Positions 17,694-26,966 of a DNA stretch of 64,000 nucleotides are shown here, piece by piece (within the stretch, counting starts at the first letter, position 1; each line of letters starts with the position of its first letter). Origin of the DNA: a virus. The position numbers and the translations under genes are program-made. A model generated the notes under the pieces. It did no database searches. It was not told the origin of the DNA and saw only the letters and a list, made by a program, of their open reading frames with translations. The stretch is from the IMG/VR virus record IMGVR_UViG_3300035698_010959; one strand, written 5' to 3'.

Positions 17694-20600
17694 TTACCTT
17701 CTTGTATTTAATAGTACAGAATAATCATATATTGATGGAGTATCTTGGGTTGTTCCATCTCCTGAATTATTTGTGTATTCTATTACTATTCTTGGATTAA
17801 TTGCTAGTGTTTTATAAGATGCCTCTATGCGTGCTGGTGTATCACTATACTTAAATAAATCATCAGCAAATGTTATGTTTCCGTGCTTATCTATATAGTA
17901 TTCATATATTGGATAGTAGTCTGGAGAACTTGAATCTTTGTTTGATAGTTTTAATGTTGGAATACTATTTGTCCAATAGTCAGTCATATTACGTGTTACT
18001 GGATATGCTTGTGTTGGTATATTTCCTACTCCAGATGTTTGTGGGGTTTCTAAATCATAATCTCGTAACATATGGTCCGCTGGTATTTTTGTTCTGTAAT
18101 ATGCTACTAGTTCCCATTTTTCTTCTGATACACCAGGAACACTTAGTATCTGATCAAATCCTTCATCATTAACTGTTATTGTTGCGTGTCCAAAAGTAGT
18201 TGATTTTGTTGTATTAAACCACTTTGTTAAAGCAATGTCTCTTGGTCTTAGGTGGGCTATGGAATATGTAGATGGATGCAGTAGTATGTCGCTTGTATGG
18301 TCTGTTACAACATTACCATCTGAATCTTGATATCTATGCCAGTATATGTCTAACTGATCTCCCTTATCTGTAGATAGTACTGGATATTTTGTAACATAGG
18401 TTTGTGATACTATTCTATTTTCTTCTACTACTTTTCTTGATAGTTTATTACTATCCCATAAATCAGTTGTTTGTACCTGTTGTATGATATTACTTCTATC
18501 TGTGTTTTTATTTCCTTTTTCTATTGCTTTTTGTATTAGTGAATCTACGTAATCCCAGAAACTTAGATCTTGTAGAGAGGGTTCTCCTCCCATTCGTTCT
18601 ACAATTTCTGTTACTACTGTACCTTCTGTATCTAGTAGTAAACTTTCTGGTCCTATAAATTTTGCGACTGTTACACTTGTATTTCCTATAACATCTGGTA
18701 GTACTATACTATCTGAAAAGTGCAATGTAACTTCTACAGGTTTATAACCTTCAATAGTGGTTAGTACTCCAGATGGAGAAGTAACTGTGGAAGTTATATA
18801 TGTTACTGTAGATGTATTTGGACTGTATCTTGCTATGTTTAGCATATCTCCACTAGCAATTTTTGCTGAGATATCCGCTACTTTTTCTATATTAATATAT
18901 GGAAACTTTGAAAGAGAAATTTTGTGGTTTCTATCTGTGCCATTAAAGGTGTCAGTTATTTCTGCTGGGGCTACAATTGTTGTAAGTCCAGATGGTCCAA
19001 AATATCTTGACTCATCTGAAGCTTTCCAATATCTTGTATAGTTTGGTGCTATTAAAGGTGTAAGATTATCTGTATCAATTGTTTCATTTTTATATGTTGT
19101 TACATAAAAGTTTACTGCTTCTGTAGAAGCATCTGTTGTTGGCTTTAGTGTTAGTTGTCTAATTTCTCCAGTTATATCTAATGGCTTTGATACCCATATT
19201 CCTTCTGGTATATATTCATTATTTTTTAGATTTATTTCTGATGCACCAAAAGTATATTCATATTTTACTACTGTTGTTTCTTCTTTACTTGGTAGCGCTA
19301 TAGAGTATAGCTGTGCAATCATTTCTTTTATTTTACCACTAAGCTTTCTTACTTCAATTATAAATTGTGAATTTGCTGGTAGCTTTCTTTCTTTTTTTGT
19401 AAAGGTAGCTACTCGTTTTCTTGGATTGTTGTATGTTAATATATCTGAATTAGGGGGTAATAGTGTTTGCTCCCATAGATCCTGTAAATCCAGTGCGCCA
19501 TTTGATATTGTATAATGTTTAAGTGTATAGTGTGGTTGTGATAGTGTTAGCCAAAGAGTTTTACATACTATGTTTCCACCACGTATAGGTGTAAATTTTA
19601 GCGTTGTTTTGTCTGTAATTATTTCATCAAAAGTAGTTACATAGTAATCATTTGATAGTTGTATATCATCAAGTAGTGTTTCACTGTAGTCTATATCAGA
19701 TATTTCAAAAGTTAGTGCGATTCCAGATGTTATAGCTCCTGCTTGTAAATACTCATCAAGTGAAGGTGTTTGGAAGTTATATATAGCTTCTTGCCATTCA
19801 TTAGAGTATAACAGTTCTTCACTTGGAGTTATTTCCCAGAATTTACTATGTACTGTTCCTACTGGAATATCTACTATCATAGATGCTGTAAGCTTTACTT
19901 GAGTTGTTGAAGAAGATCTCTTCATATAAAATGAGATACCATATAATGTAGATGGGTTTAATTGTAAATTTCTAGATATTTTCCAACTACTTCCAGTTGC
20001 TGTTGCTGTATGTATTTCTAAACACTGACTTCCATCATAGCCAGCAAGAGAGGTTATGTATCCTGTTGTTTCTGATGTTTCTGTTGTAACCCATCCTACT
20101 AAATTATCTGAAAAGTTTCCATTTATTGGAATGATACTTCCTGTGTCTTTGGTATTTCTAAATTGTGGACTCCATGCTACTTCTAATAATCTCATTGGAT
20201 GTGAGGAAACTGGAGATAGTGAGATTTCTGTTATTGGAGTCATAAAATCAAATTCAAATCTTAGTTTTGCGGCTGATCCACCAGAATAGGAAGCTGGTAA
20301 CCAGTTTACTATATTTCTATTTGCAGCTATTGGAGAGTCTGATAGTATTGTTTCTTTCCAACATGTATCTTTACTTCCATCTACTGCTTCTGATACTGGG
20401 TGTAATGTATCTATAGAAGCACCTAATAGTTTTTCTATTGTAACTTTGCACATTTTTCTATTACCAGCAGAGATTGTTTTTGAAATACTTCCAGCTATTG
20501 GCCGTTTTAGCGCATTATCTGTTTTATCTATCTCTAGTTTTCTATAGAGTGTTGGTATTATTGTAGAGTCTCCGTTATCTGCTGTAAAATCTTCATATAC

Positions 20601-20987
20601 TATATCAGTATAATTTAGGATATTTTTGTTCATTGCAGCGCGAGCTTTTACCATATTCTCTATATTATCTATAGCCTTTGATATTCTAGCTAATTCTCCA
20701 GAATTAAGTTTTTCTAATACTGTTATACCTATACCTACATTATCTATTTCGGCATATAACGCAGTTAAATCTGCAATAGCAGCTATGATAGCTTTATTAT
20801 ATTGATCTGGATCTGTGGGTGTATCTGGTACAGAGAATAATTTCTCTCCTATGTTTTTTAATAGTTCCTCTGGATCTGTTGGGGCTAGAGATAGTGCTTG
20901 TGTTTTTGCTTTTTCTAGGAAGCTATTTAGTGTCAATTTTTGACTATCAGATACTACTGATTTATAGGTATTTAGGTATGTTTTCAT
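17694..20987 (-). CDS. large structural protein with CBM4/9-like carbohydrate-binding domain
   Basis: NGNFSDNLVGW..GSQCLEI..YGISFYMK..EWQEAIYNFQTP..LLDDIQL; C-terminal TPSIYDY. Confidence 0.65.
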   Translation of the reverse strand: MKTYLNTYKSVVSDSQKLTLNSFLEKAKTQALSLAPTDPEELLKNIGEKLFSVPDTPTDPDQYNKAIIAAIADLTALYAEIDNVGIGITVLEKLNSGELARISKAIDNIENMVKARAAMNKNILNYTDIVYEDFTADNGDSTIIPTLYRKLEIDKTDNALKRPIAGSISKTISAGNRKMCKVTIEKLLGASIDTLHPVSEAVDGSKDTCWKETILSDSPIAANRNIVNWLPASYSGGSAAKLRFEFDFMTPITEISLSPVSSHPMRLLEVAWSPQFRNTKDTGSIIPINGNFSDNLVGWVTTETSETTGYITSLAGYDGSQCLEIHTATATGSSWKISRNLQLNPSTLYGISFYMKRSSSTTQVKLTASMIVDIPVGTVHSKFWEITPSEELLYSNEWQEAIYNFQTPSLDEYLQAGAITSGIALTFEISDIDYSETLLDDIQLSNDYYVTTFDEIITDKTTLKFTPIRGGNIVCKTLWLTLSQPHYTLKHYTISNGALDLQDLWEQTLLPPNSDILTYNNPRKRVATFTKKERKLPANSQFIIEVRKLSGKIKEMIAQLYSIALPSKEETTVVKYEYTFGASEINLKNNEYIPEGIWVSKPLDITGEIRQLTLKPTTDASTEAVNFYVTTYKNETIDTDNLTPLIAPNYTRYWKASDESRYFGPSGLTTIVAPAEITDTFNGTDRNHKISLSKFPYINIEKVADISAKIASGDMLNIARYSPNTSTVTYITSTVTSPSGVLTTIEGYKPVEVTLHFSDSIVLPDVIGNTSVTVAKFIGPESLLLDTEGTVVTEIVERMGGEPSLQDLSFWDYVDSLIQKAIEKGNKNTDRSNIIQQVQTTDLWDSNKLSRKVVEENRIVSQTYVTKYPVLSTDKGDQLDIYWHRYQDSDGNVVTDHTSDILLHPSTYSIAHLRPRDIALTKWFNTTKSTTFGHATITVNDEGFDQILSVPGVSEEKWELVAYYRTKIPADHMLRDYDLETPQTSGVGNIPTQAYPVTRNMTDYWTNSIPTLKLSNKDSSSPDYYPIYEYYIDKHGNITFADDLFKYSDTPARIEASYKTLAINPRIVIEYTNNSGDGTTQDTPSIYDYSVLLNTRR

Positions 20988-20992
20988 AATAG

Positions 20993-21586
20993 TTATATGT
21001 TGCTACTTATTCCAATAAAGGATATTATTATTTCATTTATTGTAGATGCTGTGGGTGTTGTTACTAAAGTAGCACTTTCTCCTGTATATATTGTATATGT
21101 TACTGTGTCAAGATCAGACCAATACCAGTTTGTTCTATACATTGCATAGCGATTATGATCGTTTGCTGGTGTTGAGTCTAGATATTGTAAATCAAAAGCA
21201 TTATATAGTAATGTGTTTTCTGCTGTTGCTGCGGATGTAGGTCTTGCAGAAACCATAAGCATTGCACTTCCAGTTGAACATAGATTTTCTGCGCCAAGAA
21301 GAGCAACAAGTGCAGATGTTGCAACGGTAGAAGAGTCGAAATCTAATGTTTGTGCTTCACCTGGTACTAAATCTGTAATTGTAACAGTTGTTGCTGCTAT
21401 AACCAAGTCATTTGATCCAGATACTTCTGGTGCATTTAGTAGTTCATGCTCTAAATTATATATAGACGCATTCATTCTATTCATACCTTCAGAAGGTATT
21501 ATATCTGTATCGTTTGCATATCTTCTAAATGAATCTAGTACTCCTGGAAATGTTGATTGTTTTCCTGTATTAAAAGGTATAGCCAT
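20993..21586 (-). CDS. short fibre/adaptor protein
   Basis: N-terminal STFPGVLD..MNRMNASIYNLE anchor motif shared with three neighbours. Confidence 0.6.
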   Translation of the reverse strand: MAIPFNTGKQSTFPGVLDSFRRYANDTDIIPSEGMNRMNASIYNLEHELLNAPEVSGSNDLVIAATTVTITDLVPGEAQTLDFDSSTVATSALVALLGAENLCSTGSAMLMVSARPTSAATAENTLLYNAFDLQYLDSTPANDHNRYAMYRTNWYWSDLDTVTYTIYTGESATLVTTPTASTINEIIISFIGISSNI

Positions 21587-21600
21587 ATTAGATTATTTCC

Positions 21601-22203
21601 TTAGTCTGTTGGGATTGTACAGCCAAATACTTTGACAATATATTTTCCTTCTGGTATGGTTGGTGCATCTTTCCATCCATATCCTTGTGGTTTTAATAGT
21701 AAACTTAATTCTGTTTTAATAGATGTAGTATCTATACGAGTTGTTGTTGGTGTACTTAGTAATTCTACTACAAGTGGATAAACTGTAGCTCCAGTTGAAG
21801 ACACTGAATATCTTAAGTCTCTCCAACTTAGGCTTTCATTTCTTTCTGGAAGTGGAGGAGTTCCTGCTTCATACTGTGTACATATTATTGGTAATGTAAA
21901 CTCTGCACTTGTTACTTCTGTATTACATATAACATCATATGTTGTTAGCAATACTTTTTTCCACAATGCTCCTCCAAGAGCCTCTATTCGAGGTCCTGCT
22001 AATTTATGTATTAGCCGTGATCCTCCTGTTGTGGTTGCGGTTGTACATAGTTTTCTTTCTACAGAACATATAGTATCTGCAAGAGTATTCCATAAACTTG
22101 CATCAACTGGTATTGAATTTCTTACCTTACTTGTTTGTAAGTTGTCAATACCTCCAGTTGCAAATGCAGAATTTAATCCTGTAATTCCGTCTACTATACT
22201 CAT
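21601..22203 (-). CDS. short fibre/adaptor protein
   Basis: SAFATGGID..DASLWNTLADTICSVE anchor motif. Confidence 0.6.
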   Translation of the reverse strand: MSIVDGITGLNSAFATGGIDNLQTSKVRNSIPVDASLWNTLADTICSVERKLCTTATTTGGSRLIHKLAGPRIEALGGALWKKVLLTTYDVICNTEVTSAEFTLPIICTQYEAGTPPLPERNESLSWRDLRYSVSSTGATVYPLVVELLSTPTTTRIDTTSIKTELSLLLKPQGYGWKDAPTIPEGKYIVKVFGCTIPTD

Positions 22204-23693
22204 TATACTTCACTCTCCCTTAGTATAATATCATCTAGCCATAATTGTGGTACATTTTTATGTACCCATGTCCATTCTGAGTCATCTTCATATTCCAATG
22301 GTCTATCATACATTATAAAGTCTGTAGTTGTTTTATAGAAGGATCCTATTGTTAGTCTAACATATGTTAGATCTGCTGGAACATTTACTGTTGTTTTAAA
22401 TTGTCTCCAGCTTCCATATGTTGTATAGACATGTAGTAGTGGAGGTAATTCTATCCAGTAGTCATCACCATTAGTCAACGTCCATGTTGCACTTAATCCT
22501 TTTGTAGTTGTATAGAATCCAGTTTGTGGATCCGTTTCTATTGAGCTTACATACATAGAAGATACTATATCTGTGTGTGTATATCCATGCATATATATTC
22601 TTGGATATGTTGGTATGTTGTTTGGTTTCCAGAAACCTTCATAGAATACTTTATACCAAAAACTTAATTCATAATCTCTTTCAGATCCAGAATTTGGTTG
22701 TGTTCTTAAATCTACTAACCAAGATGCTACGTGTCCAAAGTCAGGCCACATAAATCCAAAATCTCCAGATGCTGATACATTAGCAGCGGCAGGTAACCAA
22801 CTATTACATGATCTTAGGATACCAGGTCCTACTTTAATTCCAGTTATTCCTGAGTGAGATGCAATTGGATCTTCATGAACATATGTTGGAGTTGTTCTCA
22901 TATGTGTTACATAGGCTGGTATACTATATGCTCGTTGTGCATATGTTTCTGCTACGTAGTATACTGGATAAAATGGCCAATCACAATGGTTTTCAAGAGG
23001 TAACCCACAAAGTGGGCCTATAGGGTTTAGTTGTCCTGTTGTTGCATGCCATAATTGGCTATCCATATATGATTGTACTATTTGTTCTGGTATAAGGTTT
23101 ACAGCATATGGACTAAGAATTACTCCTGTTGTACTTGCTTTATCTATACAGATTATTGTATATTTAAGATTGGTTGAATTTGTTGGAAGTGAAAACGCTA
23201 TGGCTGCGGTTTTTCCATCACTGCTTATATTTACTACTTGTCCTTCTACTTGAAGTGTAGCTTCTTGATATCCTCCGCCTTCTAGTGCTCTTTGATAATC
23301 TACTTGTCCAAGTATTATTATTGCATAACTTGTATTATTCCAAGCAGCTATGATACTATTATCATGTGAAATAATATTACCTTCTACTGTGAATGATACC
23401 CAATCTCCTGTTCCAGCAACAGAGTAACTTACATAGTTTCCATTTATATTGCTATGAATATTTTCATGTTCTACTTGATCAAGTATAGCTGTTCGTCTAG
23501 TAACTGTTGTTCCACTTAATGCATGTAAGTCTGTTAGTATTACATTTCGTGCTCTTTGTTCTACAGGCGTAATGGCATTTATTAATAGATTTACATGGTC
23601 AGCTTTGACAAGATTTTCTGATAACATGTTTTGTGTGTAAGGCATTTCAACTAAAGTGTCTACTTGATTTGGAAATGATGTTTCTATTGCCAT
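22203..23693 (-). CDS. tail fibre/receptor-binding protein with C-terminal CBM-like jelly roll
   Basis: TSFPNQVD..ADHVNLLINAITPVE anchor; YELSFWYK..WRQFKTTVNVP..VRLTIG..WLDDIILRE. Confidence 0.65.
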   Translation of the reverse strand: MAIETSFPNQVDTLVEMPYTQNMLSENLVKADHVNLLINAITPVEQRARNVILTDLHALSGTTVTRRTAILDQVEHENIHSNINGNYVSYSVAGTGDWVSFTVEGNIISHDNSIIAAWNNTSYAIIILGQVDYQRALEGGGYQEATLQVEGQVVNISSDGKTAAIAFSLPTNSTNLKYTIICIDKASTTGVILSPYAVNLIPEQIVQSYMDSQLWHATTGQLNPIGPLCGLPLENHCDWPFYPVYYVAETYAQRAYSIPAYVTHMRTTPTYVHEDPIASHSGITGIKVGPGILRSCNSWLPAAANVSASGDFGFMWPDFGHVASWLVDLRTQPNSGSERDYELSFWYKVFYEGFWKPNNIPTYPRIYMHGYTHTDIVSSMYVSSIETDPQTGFYTTTKGLSATWTLTNGDDYWIELPPLLHVYTTYGSWRQFKTTVNVPADLTYVRLTIGSFYKTTTDFIMYDRPLEYEDDSEWTWVHKNVPQLWLDDIILRESEV

Positions 23694-23697
23694 ATTG

Positions 23698-25239
23698 TTA
23701 ACTACTCACATATCTTATTATTGGTTTTATTCCACTAGCAATGTGTTTGTTTACTATGTCTTCTATTTCTCGTTCTGTAAATGCTCTTATTCCTTGCGCT
23801 CCTGTAATTAAATCTTCTGGTAATTCTATTACTACTACTCCATTTAACATTGCTAAATCGCCTTCCCAACCACCAATATCCCAATATCTGTTCATTTCAT
23901 TTATTTGATCTCCAGATAGGGAGGAGAAGGTTATATCTTCGTTTTCTTTTAGACCACCGCCACGTACTCGTGTATCTATTATTGTTACTCCATCTATTGT
24001 GCTACTTGGGCTTATGTAGATTTTAGCCAGAATAAGTGCGCTTGGATAATTTGTTAACGAGCCTACGCCTCCTGCTAATAAATCCGTAGCTAATGTTCCA
24101 TCTTCTAATACAATTATTGGGCTATCTGTTGTTACTGTATTTGAGAAGTAAGTAATGTCATAGTAAGCTCTACCATATGTATTAAGTGTTTTAAGCCCTT
24201 GTGTGGTTGAGTCTGCGTATGTTCCAAAACCAGAAGAGGGTAGAGTTAGAGTAGGTCCAGCTTCCCATCGTAATAGTTGGTCTGTGTATTTTAGTGCTGT
24301 TTTTACTTTTACTGTTCCTGTTAGTGAATCTGTATAAGAGTATGCTGCTGATGGCAGTAAGAATACATATATTGCGGATGCTAATAGATTCTTACTTGGT
24401 TTTCCTCCGTCATAGGTGTGGCCATAGGATGGATTTAAATCTAAGTCACAGAACCTATTAAGCAGTTCATCATAGTATCCTCTGTATACTAAACATCTTG
24501 CTGAGTATTCGTAGGATACTTGTACTAAGTTGTTTGTAGCTATAGAGTTTGTTAGAGGTATAGTTCCTCTATCGAAGTCTATAGCCCCTACCTCTGGATG
24601 TAGGTTTACTGTTAGTGGTGTTATACCTGTTGTTCCTGGTATTTCTGAGACTTTTTCTTCTCCATTTATTTTTATACTTGTAATTTTATACAAGTTTTTA
24701 TTTGCTACAGATATTGTGTGTTCATCTATATATGTAGCATATTCATCTACTGCAGGAAACCCTCTCATGCCTGCTGCTGTTATGTCTGTATCTACTTCTG
24801 TAGTAAGGTAAGGTTGTGCGAGTACTTCTGGTATTGAATATGTAAGTACTATTCTATGCCCATCGAGCCATCCTTCTTCATTTGCTGCTGACGTTATCCA
24901 ACTACTTGCTACTTCTGAAGAAGTATATTCTGTAAGAACTTTAAATGTTCCATCTCTAATAAGTAAGTGCCATGCGCCTGTTTCATCTTCTATTGGTTTA
25001 ACTACACCTATAGGGGCATGTATTGATTCAAAATATGGCAAGGATGCTGCTGTGCTTTCATATGTAAATGTGGATACTTTTGTATCTTTATAATAATTAA
25101 AGATGTTAAGAGGATGCTTGCCAATTACATCTATTACGATTGCATTTTCATTTGGTGTAAGAGGAGGCGGATAAATCCTTGCCAGGTTTATTGAATCTTT
25201 TGGGACTACGTTACCATATTGTAGTATGTAATCTGCCAT
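23698..25239 (-). CDS. putative baseplate wedge/structural protein
   Basis: IDFDRGTI, DTRVRGGG, YWDIG and C-terminal IVNKHIASGIKPIIRY; context. Confidence 0.6.
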   Translation of the reverse strand: MADYILQYGNVVPKDSINLARIYPPPLTPNENAIVIDVIGKHPLNIFNYYKDTKVSTFTYESTAASLPYFESIHAPIGVVKPIEDETGAWHLLIRDGTFKVLTEYTSSEVASSWITSAANEEGWLDGHRIVLTYSIPEVLAQPYLTTEVDTDITAAGMRGFPAVDEYATYIDEHTISVANKNLYKITSIKINGEEKVSEIPGTTGITPLTVNLHPEVGAIDFDRGTIPLTNSIATNNLVQVSYEYSARCLVYRGYYDELLNRFCDLDLNPSYGHTYDGGKPSKNLLASAIYVFLLPSAAYSYTDSLTGTVKVKTALKYTDQLLRWEAGPTLTLPSSGFGTYADSTTQGLKTLNTYGRAYYDITYFSNTVTTDSPIIVLEDGTLATDLLAGGVGSLTNYPSALILAKIYISPSSTIDGVTIIDTRVRGGGLKENEDITFSSLSGDQINEMNRYWDIGGWEGDLAMLNGVVVIELPEDLITGAQGIRAFTEREIEDIVNKHIASGIKPIIRYVSS

Positions 25240-25240
25240 A

Positions 25241-26962
25241 CTAAACTCCTATAATTACCTTGTCAGAGTAGACATAACTTGATATTGTAGAATCATAAAA
25301 ATATGCGTATATGATGTCTCTTCCTATTAGATAGTATTGTAATGTTACTATTCCTGTATTGCCCACTGTTGTTTCATAGTAACTACTTGCTGTTGTTTGG
25401 TCTTCAAATTTACTATTTTTTGATACCAGATATGCTAAAGTCGATCCTCCTATATAAGGTGTTCCATCTGCTGCGGTTAGCATAACATGTACTTTTGCTT
25501 TATTTTCTATAACATTGTCAGTATCAGCATAAAGGAATATTTTTCTTGGTACTTGCGTTCCGCTATATCCTATTATTGGTGATACAACTTGTACAAAGGC
25601 TGCTTGCCCAGATAATGAAGATGAGGTTGTTGTGCTTACCTCTATTGTAAATGTTGTAGTTCCTGCTCCAGTAGGTGTCCATGAGTAGGTTACTGCTCCA
25701 TTCCAATCTGTTATTTGTGTAGTAGGTATTATAGCAGATGTTGCCATTCGTCCATCTCCAATTGCACTACTTGATAGGCTGACTCCAGGCAGAGGATTAT
25801 TATCTTTATCAACTACATATGCTGCTATTCTAACAGGAGGACCTGTTCCACTTAATACTTGTGCCCGTGTTGGTGAATGAGTAATATATAGTTTATCTGC
25901 TTGAGCACTTGTTGCTTGTGCTTCTGCGAGGAATAAGAAGCCAGGACCAACTCCACTGTATATAGGATTTAGCTGTACATATGATAAATCTGAACTTGCT
26001 AAACTAGATAGGTCTTGATGTTCTGCTATAGATGCTTCATAGTTACAGGTTCCTGTCATAGCAGATGTTGCGTATACTGCTATTTCTCCATTGTCTACTA
26101 CGAATGATTGATTTACATAATAAGATATTGCTACTTGATTTCCAGAGGTTATCGGAGAAGCCAATGTTATTTGATTATTTAAACTTCCTGTTCCTACTTG
26201 TGTTGATGCTACTTCTGTAGTTAGTATTCCTGTTGATACAATAGAAGTTACTTGTGGTAGTCTTGTTGTATCTTCTATAGCTATATGTGCGTAGGCTGTA
26301 CGTATTTTTCTATAAGCATCTACAATATGTATTTCTTCTTGTAATAATAATTCTTGTCCTGATGCTGATGTTGTATAGGTTAAAAATACTGTGCCCGATG
26401 GATTTCCATCTGAAGCAACAAAAGCAAGAGATAGCAATTCATTATAGTAATAGTATTCATCTGATGAGATATATCCACTTGCTGGAACGTTCCATAAATC
26501 TCCATATTTGGTACTTGTTACATTTATTAGTAGTCCAGATACAGGCGCAGTCCATAGATTTGTGTCTGTTACTGATGTCCAGGTTGCTGGTCTGTATGTT
26601 CTTAGTGGCCCGCATACCTGTATGAATGTATCTGTAGAATTATTATCATTTAAAAATATAGGCCCATAATCTAATACTGCGGATGTAGGTACAGAGGATG
26701 TTCCTGTTAGAGCATAGGATTCTATTGTAGAGTGTGTACCATAGTCTACTTGTATTCCTGCTTTTTCAGCAAATAGATATCGTTCTGATGTACCTTTGTA
26801 ATACCATCCCTTTGTTATAAGTGGAAACCATCTACCAAATATACCTTTTTTTATTTTGATTTTTAGGTCGTCACCGATCCCTACACCTTGTTTTGTGTAT
26901 CCAGATAATTCAGTACTATAATTAAATTCTACCCCACTGCTACCACTTTCAAATATTGTCAT
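25241..26962 (-). CDS. structural protein with invasin/Big_1 Ig-like domains
   Basis: AYVVDKDNNPLPGVSL..TDWNGAVTYSWTP..GTTTFT. Confidence 0.7.
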   Translation of the reverse strand: MTIFESGSSGVEFNYSTELSGYTKQGVGIGDDLKIKIKKGIFGRWFPLITKGWYYKGTSERYLFAEKAGIQVDYGTHSTIESYALTGTSSVPTSAVLDYGPIFLNDNNSTDTFIQVCGPLRTYRPATWTSVTDTNLWTAPVSGLLINVTSTKYGDLWNVPASGYISSDEYYYYNELLSLAFVASDGNPSGTVFLTYTTSASGQELLLQEEIHIVDAYRKIRTAYAHIAIEDTTRLPQVTSIVSTGILTTEVASTQVGTGSLNNQITLASPITSGNQVAISYYVNQSFVVDNGEIAVYATSAMTGTCNYEASIAEHQDLSSLASSDLSYVQLNPIYSGVGPGFLFLAEAQATSAQADKLYITHSPTRAQVLSGTGPPVRIAAYVVDKDNNPLPGVSLSSSAIGDGRMATSAIIPTTQITDWNGAVTYSWTPTGAGTTTFTIEVSTTTSSSLSGQAAFVQVVSPIIGYSGTQVPRKIFLYADTDNVIENKAKVHVMLTAADGTPYIGGSTLAYLVSKNSKFEDQTTASSYYETTVGNTGIVTLQYYLIGRDIIYAYFYDSTISSYVYSDKVIIGV

Positions 26963-26966
26963 TTGT

